In this document: positions 52,720 to 60,142 of the stretch, piece by piece | Position numbering within the stretch: the stretch's first letter is position 1 | How the letters are laid out: each line of letters begins with the position of its first letter | Assembly (NCBI GenBank): GCA_943788915.1 | Contig: CALSSD010000013.1 | Location: 310,001 to 370,142, forward strand | DNA: 60,142 nucleotides | Source: an uncultured Acidimicrobiales bacterium | GTDB lineage: Bacteria; Actinomycetota; Acidimicrobiia; Acidimicrobiales; UBA10347 | Direction: 5' to 3' | Made by a program: the position numbers and the translations under genes | The notes under the pieces: generated by a model | The model's database searches: none | What the model saw: the letters and a program-made list of their open reading frames with translations, nothing else | What the model was told of the DNA's origin: nothing

Positions 52720-54120
52720 GTGAAGAAACTGACCATTGTCGTTCTGTTCGCTTTGCTCGCCGCTTCGTGCGGCGGCAGTGACGATACAGCCAACACCGAT
52801 ACCGCCGAAGCTCCATCCAGCGACGCCGTAGATGCCGAACCGGCCGAAACTGCCGACGGCTCAGACACCGACGACGCCGACGACGGAACCGATGCGGTGC
52901 GCGACGACGACACTGCGCTTTCTGCGCCCGTTGCCGCTGTGCCGGTGCAAGCCCGTGACTGCGCCCACTCGTTGGATGAGCTCGATGGGTCCGATGACCA
53001 AGACCTCGACGACGTTGTGTTGCCGCCAGCGGTGAAGCCCGAAGTCAGCGAGGAATTCCTGGGACCGATCGACGAGTTGATCGTGACCGACATGATCGAA
53101 GGCAGTGGCCGCGAAGCCGTCGCTGGTGCGACGGTAGAAATGGAATATGTCGGGGTGCTCGGTGCCGACGGCACCGAGTTCGACAGCTCATGGGATCCAG
53201 ACGATGCTCCGTTCTCGTTCCCACTCGGCGCTGGCCGGGTCATCGTTGGTTGGGACGAAGGTATCGCTGGCATGAAAGCTGGCGGACGCCGCGTGTTGCA
53301 GATACCGAGCGCTAAGGCATACGGCGAGCAGGCCCGAAGCGAGATCATCGTGGCCAATAGCGATTTGGTCTTCATCGTGGATCTGATTTCGGTTATCCCT
53401 CCGCCTGAGCCGGCTCCCCCAATCGACGACGAGAACCTCGGTTCCTTTGACGAACTACAGATCATTGATCTGGTCGTGGGCGAAGGTTGTACTGCTGAGT
53501 CCGGCGATATTGCACGGGTTAATTACGTGGGTGTCGACGCGGTTGAAGGCGCCGAGTTCGATAGTTCATGGGGCCGAGGTGCTCTGTTTCAGCTGATCGT
53601 GAGCCGAGGTCAGGTCATCGAAGGATGGAATGAGGGCATTGTTGGCATGAACGTTGGCGGCGAACGTATTCTGCAGATCCCTGCTGATCTGGCCTACGGC
53701 CAGGGCGATCTCGTCTTCCGGGTGCATCTGGAAGAACTCATCGAGGCGCCGACCGCCCACACCATCGAATTCGAAGGTGACGCCCCCGACGAACTCCAGG
53801 TCAGCACACTGGTCGAGGGTTCTGGCGAGGAAGCTGCACCTGGCAGCATCGTCGATGCCCAAATCGTGGTGATGTTGTATAAGTCAGGCATCATCGTGCA
53901 AAGCACGTATCAAGATGGGGCACCCACTCAGCTTGCGTTGCAGGAGGGTGCGCTGCTGCCAGGCCTCGAAGAAGGCATCCTTGGTGTGAAGGTCGGCGAA
54001 ACCCGCCAAATCATCCTTCCTCCCGAGGTGGCGTACCCGACCGGTGCAACTGAAAGCGGCATCGACGCCGACGACGCATTGGTGTTCTTCATCGAGCCGG
54101 TGCGGGTAGTCAACCAGTAG
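52720..54120 (+). CDS. Lipoprotein with three FKBP-type PPIase domains
   Basis: Lipobox AASC; EFDSSW...VI.GW.EGI.GM..GG.R.L.IP twice, plus a degenerate third copy (GLEEGILGVKVGETRQIILPP). Confidence 0.92.
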   Translation: MKKLTIVVLFALLAASCGGSDDTANTDTAEAPSSDAVDAEPAETADGSDTDDADDGTDAVRDDDTALSAPVAAVPVQARDCAHSLDELDGSDDQDLDDVVLPPAVKPEVSEEFLGPIDELIVTDMIEGSGREAVAGATVEMEYVGVLGADGTEFDSSWDPDDAPFSFPLGAGRVIVGWDEGIAGMKAGGRRVLQIPSAKAYGEQARSEIIVANSDLVFIVDLISVIPPPEPAPPIDDENLGSFDELQIIDLVVGEGCTAESGDIARVNYVGVDAVEGAEFDSSWGRGALFQLIVSRGQVIEGWNEGIVGMNVGGERILQIPADLAYGQGDLVFRVHLEELIEAPTAHTIEFEGDAPDELQVSTLVEGSGEEAAPGSIVDAQIVVMLYKSGIIVQSTYQDGAPTQLALQEGALLPGLEEGILGVKVGETRQIILPPEVAYPTGATESGIDADDALVFFIEPVRVVNQ

Positions 54121-54134
54121 GCACAGCATTCCCC

Positions 54135-54172
54135 GACTGGCCAAACTGACTGGCCAAACTGACTGGCCAACT
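54135..54172. repeat. 13-bp tandem repeat x3
   Basis: gactggccaaact gactggccaaact gactggccaact, between convergent genes. Confidence 0.85.
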
Positions 54173-54307
54173 AGCCGATCATGATTGCGAGTCCCGTTGC
54201 CTTGGCTGCGGGCTCGTTGTCGTTTTGGGGCAAAGCTATCGAGGACGACCTGGTCGACTTTTAGCCGCAGGCAGACCCGTACACGGTCATGGCTCAGCTA
54301 CACGTCT

Positions 54308-56263
54308 TTAGAAATCGTAGAAGTCGTCGTAGAAGTCGGCTTCGTCTTCCAGTTCGACCGAGTCGTCGATACTGCCGTCGGACTCGTAGTCGTAATCGAT
54401 GTAGAGCGAGCTACCTTCGCCGTCCCACTCCAAGAAGTTCACGTACATGGTGTCGTCGGGCAGCAACTCGATGTCGTTGTGGCCAAAGACCTGTTCGCCC
54501 TCGTCGTCGATGCGCAGCAACAGGAACTCGTAGATGCCGTATTCCTGTTGATCAAACGTGTTCAAGATGAAGTCGCCGTTTTCGAAGTCGAGCGCCACGT
54601 TGAAGGCTCCACCCGGTTCGATGCTGGCCGCCCGGGTGACGAACTCGTAGTCGGCTTCGTCGGTGACCAAGCCAAACCAGATATCGGGCGAGTCGCTGTA
54701 TTCGCTGCTGTAGCGCAAGGTGAAGAATTCGTCGTCCTCGATGAAGATATCGATGATGTCTTGCTCACCGGGGCCTAACAAGATCTCTTCGACGACCATG
54801 TTGAAGCCGGGTCCGATGAGCGTGACGTCGGCCGAAGCGACCTCTTCGAGTTGCGAACCGTCGACAGCGATCGTGAACTCCGTCATGTCAGCAGGCAGGC
54901 GATAGACAGCCTCGTTGTCGACGTCCCAGACGTCGACCAGGAACTTAAGCGGGTTCGATGAGGCTCCTTCGATCTCGTTGACGAACGAACCATCTTCGAG
55001 CCAACCCAGGCGGCTGCCATTGGGCGCAGTGATGAGCAGATTGGCTTCGCCGTCGAGCCAGATCTCGATGCCGCCGGCCCCAGGTGCTGCTGGTGTTGCC
55101 GCCGACGATTTGTTGCCCAGGCTCGCTCGGTCGGCGTCACCGAAGAACTGCTGTTGAGTCCCCAAGCGTGGGGAGATTGCCACGAGCTCGAGCGTCTCGG
55201 TGCTGGCGTCGCCTTCGTAGAGATCGGCTTGGACATCGGGGTTGGTTGATGCCTCGTACTGCCACGTATTGGCGTCGTAGTCGATCGTCATGACTCGGGT
55301 CGTCAGCGGATAGTTGTTGTCGTACAGGTACACCGAGTAGATGCCGGGCGTTATCTCTTCAACTGCATACGGGGTGATGGCATGGCCGCCGCTGAAATCG
55401 CGCTTGTAGATGCCCATTGCCCACCATTCGTCGGCGGACTGGTCTTGTTCGAAGGAGACCTTTAGGGCGTCGACCACTGCGCGTGGAGACTCGTTGACCC
55501 TCTTCGACGCACCAGGATCGGTGGCCTGGGTGACCCACCAATATGCGATCTCGCGTTGCAGGAACTCGTTGCCCTGGAACGGAATTTCGCTGGTGATGTT
55601 GGCGCCGAAGTCATTGGGGCTGAGCTGGTCGAAGTAGAACAGCGAGCTCAGGACCGCCATACCTTCGCAATGGCCACCAGCCATGGCTTCGTTCATCTGC
55701 ATCATCCACTGGCGAGCAGGTGGGGTGAGCGTGCAGCCGTTGGCGACGTTGGCGCACACATCGGAGCCAAACATGCGTTGCATCTCGACCGGGGTCAGAT
55801 TGACCACGCCTTCTTCCCCGCCATAGTTAAAGAAGCCGAACGAGTCGACAAAGGGATCGAAGGCCAAGCTGACGGCATCGACGCCCGGGACCACCGAGTC
55901 TTGGAGCGGCGTGCCCTGAGTCGATGCAGGCGCTGTGTCGGCGCTGGATTCTTCGCTTGGCAGACATTCGTCGAGGAGGAATCCTTCGTCGTCGAAACAC
56001 TCGTCGGGTAGCAGACCCTGTTCGTCGCAAGACGCGAAGTCTTCGTCGCTCGCGAAACACTGGATCGGGATGCTGCCCGTCGGGTTGACCAGCTCGGGCG
56101 CTTCATCTGCCGGTTCAACGTCGGCGCTTGTGTCGGCTGGTTCTGACGCTGCACCGCTGGCCCGCTCGGTATCGAGTTCTTGGGCGACCTCGCTCGAGCT
56201 GCACGCAGAAGCAGTCAAGCTCATGAGCATGAGGATCGTGATGATCAGTCGTCGAACGTTCAT
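54308..56263 (-). CDS. Acidic lipoprotein with a putative papain-like Cys-His catalytic domain
   Basis: Signal peptide with lipobox ASAC after ATG 56263 (RBS GAAGGA); GGHCEGM, GGHAITPY, YDNNYP. Confidence 0.72.
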   Translation of the reverse strand: MNVRRLIITILMLMSLTASACSSSEVAQELDTERASGAASEPADTSADVEPADEAPELVNPTGSIPIQCFASDEDFASCDEQGLLPDECFDDEGFLLDECLPSEESSADTAPASTQGTPLQDSVVPGVDAVSLAFDPFVDSFGFFNYGGEEGVVNLTPVEMQRMFGSDVCANVANGCTLTPPARQWMMQMNEAMAGGHCEGMAVLSSLFYFDQLSPNDFGANITSEIPFQGNEFLQREIAYWWVTQATDPGASKRVNESPRAVVDALKVSFEQDQSADEWWAMGIYKRDFSGGHAITPYAVEEITPGIYSVYLYDNNYPLTTRVMTIDYDANTWQYEASTNPDVQADLYEGDASTETLELVAISPRLGTQQQFFGDADRASLGNKSSAATPAAPGAGGIEIWLDGEANLLITAPNGSRLGWLEDGSFVNEIEGASSNPLKFLVDVWDVDNEAVYRLPADMTEFTIAVDGSQLEEVASADVTLIGPGFNMVVEEILLGPGEQDIIDIFIEDDEFFTLRYSSEYSDSPDIWFGLVTDEADYEFVTRAASIEPGGAFNVALDFENGDFILNTFDQQEYGIYEFLLLRIDDEGEQVFGHNDIELLPDDTMYVNFLEWDGEGSSLYIDYDYESDGSIDDSVELEDEADFYDDFYDF

Positions 56264-56537
56264 ATTGGTCCTTCGAGAGGGGCATGCGGATCGGCTTGCT
56301 GGGATGATGCGGCTCAACACTCTGGCGTCCAAAGCTGACGCCGGGGCGGTCGAGTCGGCGACGTCCTTCGAAACGGTCCTTCGGGTGTGACGCCTTGGGT
56401 CCGACAAGTTTCGGGATGGCTATCGCCGAGCCGTCAGAATATCAGTAAGCGAGCTGGCAAGACCGAGTGTCGAGTGGGGGCTAGCAACGGGCCGTGCAGT
56501 TGCGCCGCTCGGCATCGAAGGCAGATAGCCTCGCCAT

Positions 56538-56917
<380 letters not shown>

Positions 56918-56918
56918 A

Positions 56919-56943
56919 CCCCTCCTTCAGGAGGGGCGTTTTT
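56919..56943 (+). terminator. Intrinsic terminator of rnpB
   Basis: CCCCTCC-TTCA-GGAGGGG hairpin followed by CGTTTTT. Confidence 0.85.
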
Positions 56944-57019
56944 CGTTGTAATTGCAGCGATTTCTCTTTGTTTTTCTTTGCCCCCGTTTGCATCGATTTG
57001 TACCCGTTTGTCGGTGTTT

Positions 57020-57049
57020 TGTTGGACTCTTGTTGGACCGGTGTTGGAC
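57020..57049. repeat. Three TGTTGGAC direct repeats at 11-bp spacing (candidate integrase arm sites)
   Basis: TGTTGGAC at 57020, 57031 and 57042. Confidence 0.7.
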
Positions 57050-57177
57050 TGGTACTGTCCTTTGTATGGCGAGCGACAAACTAACTATCTCTGAAACAGA
57101 TAGTCGAAGCGGCTGTTTCGCCCGAGTCCGATGACCTGCGCACGCGGTTACTTGCGGCTCGGCCGGTAGGAGTCGAC

Positions 57178-58404
57178 GTGGGAACCGTGCAGCCCTACCT
57201 CAGCAAGACCAACGGCAAGAAGGCTGGTTGGCGAGCCATGTGGCGCGATCAGGAGGGCCGGCAGCGGTCCAAGAGTTTCGCCCGCAAGTCCGATGCCCAG
57301 AAGCACCTCGCCACCGTCGAGGCCGACATGCTTCGAGGCACATACATCGACCCCCGAGCTGGCCAGATCACACTTGAGGAATACGCCAAGCATTGGATGG
57401 CCGAACAAGAGTGGCGCACGTCCACTCGCTCACTCGCCGACTCACACCTGCGGAACCATATCGGGCCTCGCCTCGGCAACCGCCCGATCGCCGCCATCAC
57501 CCGCACCGAGATCCAAGGCTTCGTGACCTCGCTCAGCCGTGAACCCAAAGCGCTCAGCCCGAAGACAGTCGAAGGTGTCTACCGCCGACTCGTCTCCATC
57601 CTCGAAGCCGCGGTGTTCGATCGATGGATCACCCACTCCCCCGCCATCCGCATCAAGCTCCCTAAGGTCACCAAGCAGGCGACCGACAACCTCGTCGTGC
57701 TCGACCTCGACGACGTCCGCCGAATCGCCGACGCAGCGCCTCCTTGGTTGACCGCACTCACCTGGACTATCGCCACCGCTGGACTGCGACCCGGCGAAGC
57801 CGCCGGCCTCACTCTCGAACGCGTCGACTTCATGCGCCGCGAAATTCACGTCGACCGCCAACTCACGACCATCGTCCGCGACGCCGCCGACACCCCCGAG
57901 GGCGAAACCAGGACCACGGCCGTCCTCGCACCACCCAAGACCGCAGCAAGCGTTCGCACCGTCCCCGTCGGAGACTCACTCATCGCCGAACTCAACCGCC
58001 ACCTCGCCGAGCACCCTCCAGTAGAGATGGAACCCGGCGCCACGCTGCTGTTCTCCAACCGCAACCGTCAGCCGCTCAAACGCAACACCCTCGGCAGCGC
58101 GTGGGACACCATCCGCAAGAACCTCGCCCTCCCACCCGCAGCCCGAGGCTGGCACTCGCTCCGCCACACCTACGCCAGCTGGCTAATCGAAGCCGGCCTC
58201 TCAGTCGTCGCCGTCCAAGCCCGACTCGGCCACGCCTCCGCCACCGAAACCCTCGAGGTCTACAGCCACCTTTGGCCCAGCTCCGACGACGACACTCGCG
58301 CAGTGATTGAGCGTCGCCTATCTGAAACATTCCGGACTACAAGTCCGAAAAATAGTACGGAGGCCGACAAAACGGCCCACGGTTTACAACGTGAAAACAC
58401 TTAA
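57178..58404 (+). CDS. Tyrosine recombinase / phage- or ICE-type integrase
   Basis: Arm-binding N-terminus (WRAMWRD..GRQRSKSF), GLRPGE, PKT, HSLRH, LGH, catalytic Tyr in VYSH; RBS AGGAG. Confidence 0.95.
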   Translation: MGTVQPYLSKTNGKKAGWRAMWRDQEGRQRSKSFARKSDAQKHLATVEADMLRGTYIDPRAGQITLEEYAKHWMAEQEWRTSTRSLADSHLRNHIGPRLGNRPIAAITRTEIQGFVTSLSREPKALSPKTVEGVYRRLVSILEAAVFDRWITHSPAIRIKLPKVTKQATDNLVVLDLDDVRRIADAAPPWLTALTWTIATAGLRPGEAAGLTLERVDFMRREIHVDRQLTTIVRDAADTPEGETRTTAVLAPPKTAASVRTVPVGDSLIAELNRHLAEHPPVEMEPGATLLFSNRNRQPLKRNTLGSAWDTIRKNLALPPAARGWHSLRHTYASWLIEAGLSVVAVQARLGHASATETLEVYSHLWPSSDDDTRAVIERRLSETFRTTSPKNSTEADKTAHGLQRENT

Positions 58405-58882
58405 CAGACTTACAGCATCGATTGCTCTGAGTGCCCTTCTCCTGACGGCATGCGGCGGCGAAAGCGGCTTCACGCAGGAGCAGGTCGACGCGATGGTTTC
58501 GGACGCTGTGCAATCCGCTGTCGCTGACGCTGAAAGTGAGCTGGTCTCAGAGGCCGAGGCCCAGGCAAAGGCCGAAGAGGCCGCCAAACAAGCATCCCTC
58601 GTCGCCGCCGTTGAAGAGTGCAACCTGAGCAGCAACCCCTACGTCACGGCTGATCAAGCAGGATTGGTGATCGAGGGTGAAGGAGAAGAAAACCCTGGCG
58701 TCGACACCTCCGGAATCGTGTGCCTGCTCAACGGTCTGGACACTCCGGATTCCGTTATCACCCGGATGTCGAACACGAACTCCCAAATGGGAGTAGTCGA
58801 AGGACGGTGGGACGTTTATGAAGCCGAGTGGACCTACCATCCTGACAACGGATTGAACATCTTTGTGGTTGTTGCGGACTAG
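58391..58882 (+). CDS. Lipoprotein (island cargo)
   Basis: GTG 58391, signal peptide with lipobox LTAC, C-terminal WTYHPDNGL. Confidence 0.78.
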   Translation: MKTLNRLTASIALSALLLTACGGESGFTQEQVDAMVSDAVQSAVADAESELVSEAEAQAKAEEAAKQASLVAAVEECNLSSNPYVTADQAGLVIEGEGEENPGVDTSGIVCLLNGLDTPDSVITRMSNTNSQMGVVEGRWDVYEAEWTYHPDNGLNIFVVVAD

Positions 58883-59111
58883 GTAGGGACCAGCGAAGCG
58901 TTCCATTCCAAGTTTTAGGCCGGACCACTCTTCGCTAGACGCCGAGCACTGTGGCCGAAACAACTGTTGGCACAATCTCCGTCGCGACCGCTGTGGGCGC
59001 AAGCCTCGCATCGGGGGCTCTTGCACCGGGTGCGTATCTTTGCCGTCTGAGACTATTGTTCTCGTCTAGCGAATTACGGCAGCCATTCGGACTGAGCGGA
59101 GACCACACGAA

Positions 59112-60142
59112 ATGCATTTCAAGTTCCTCGGGTTCGCAATTCTGGTGCTCGTTGGCGTGTCTTGCGGAAACGCCGCCAGCGAATCGACGTCCGACGCATC
59201 GTCGCCGTCGAGCAGCCAACCATCTGCTTAACGTCCGAGGCCAACCACCGTTGACCGAACGCCGACTGCCACGGCAGGACCGACGGCGACAGCCGAAATC
59301 GTGCCGAGCGTCGAACCGACGACCGCTGCCGTTCCCGCCCCCACACCAGCAGCGACGAAAGCACAAGAACCCACGGCTAGTCCAGCACCGAGTTCGCTGC
59401 CATCTCTTACTTTTGGCGATTCGCATTCGCGATCGCCCGGTTTCGGTGGCGAAGGCTGGACCGTCAGCATCGACGAAGTGCGCACCATCCCGGTCGACTT
59501 CGGAGATACCCCCAACTGCCTTGCCGTCATCGGCACAGCAACCCTCGACTCACTCAACGACGGTCTCACCTCAAGCGGCTTCAGCTTCCCCGAAGTCGTC
59601 CTCATCCAAAACGGCATCGAACTCGAATCCTTCAGGCATCAGCTGCGACTCTTCGTCACTCGAATCAGAAGGTCTCACCCGAGCCGTCGGCGCCGAAATC
59701 ACCCAAGGAACCACAATCAAATGGTTCGCAACATTCGAAGCAAACGCCGAGACCTACGACATCGTCGCCATCGAAGAAACCATCTACACGTCAGAGGGCA
59801 CAACACTCACTTCACCAAGCACCACCGAAACGCCGGACCCCGTCGGCAACGAGAACGGCGGACCATATCCATTTGGCGATTCGCATTCGCGATCGCCCGG
59901 TTTCGGTGGCGAAGGCTGGACCGTCAGCATCGACGAAGTGCGCACCATCCCGGTCGACTTCGGAGATACCCCCAACTGCCTTGCCGTCATCGGCACAGCA
60001 ACCCTCGACTCACTCAACGACGGTCTCACCTCAAGCGGCTTCAGCTTCCCCGAAGTCGTCCTCATCCAAAACGGCATCGAACTCGAATCCTTCAGCATCA
60101 GCTGCGACTCTTCGTCACTCGAATCAGAAGGTCTCACCCGAG
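59112..60142 (+). pseudogene. Repeat-domain lipoprotein, interrupted as sequenced (in-frame TAA at 59229, extra G near 59636); runs off the window
   Basis: MHFKFLGFAILVLVGVSC lipobox, Pro/Thr linker, then a duplicated domain; the disruptions may be sequencing errors. Confidence 0.6.
59412..60142 (+). repeat. Direct repeat of at least 271 bp (59412-59683 and 59872-60142)
   Basis: The copies are identical except for one extra G in copy 1; corrected period 459 bp = 153 codons. Confidence 0.95.

Larger units (their letters stand above)
56945..60142. mobile_element. Left end of a putative integrative element / genomic island adjacent to rnpB
   Basis: T-rich segment with arm-type repeats, an intact tyrosine integrase and accessory lipoprotein genes; the other end is not visible in the window. 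Confidence 0.7.

Noticed and set aside
56264..56537. Riboswitch upstream of the acidic lipoprotein
   Set aside because: I could not recognise a c-di-GMP or other riboswitch consensus by eye on either strand.
59412..60142. Direct repeat as a diversity-generating retroelement TR/VR pair
   Set aside because: There are no adenine-specific mismatches (no substitutions at all) and no reverse transcriptase in the window.

Overview
GC-rich actinobacterial chromosome segment. The Bpa, SepF/DivIVA, DUF3040, PimB'-like and NYN gene content suggests Acidimicrobiia (inference). About 57 kb is core genome: menA, dnaE, bpa, rluD-like, lspA, dksA-like, ileS (type 2), a reduced dcw cluster, a MoxR-DUF58-transglutaminase trio, dinB, an MtrAB/LpqB-like trio, glpK, an aminotransferase, queG, a triple-FKBP lipoprotein and RNase P RNA (rnpB). 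The dcw order is mraZ-rsmH-ftsL-ftsI-murE-mraY-murD-ftsW-murG-murC/murB-ftsQ-ftsZ-pgeF-yggS-sepF-divIVA, with no murF or ddl. Directly after rnpB begins a probable integrative element: att-like repeats, an intact tyrosine integrase and lipoprotein cargo. Most notable observations: (1) a 47-bp tandem repeat upstream of rsmH, each unit of which is a 16-aa mini-ORF coupled to the next by an ATGA overlap and finally to rsmH; (2) an in-frame MurC-MurB fusion; (3) an integrase element apparently using the rnpB locus rather than a tRNA; (4) two compensated base-pair changes in the catalytic P4 helix of RNase P RNA. Six apparent +1 frameshifts, some in essential genes, probably reflect long-read insertion errors. 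All product calls come from motif recognition; no database search was run.
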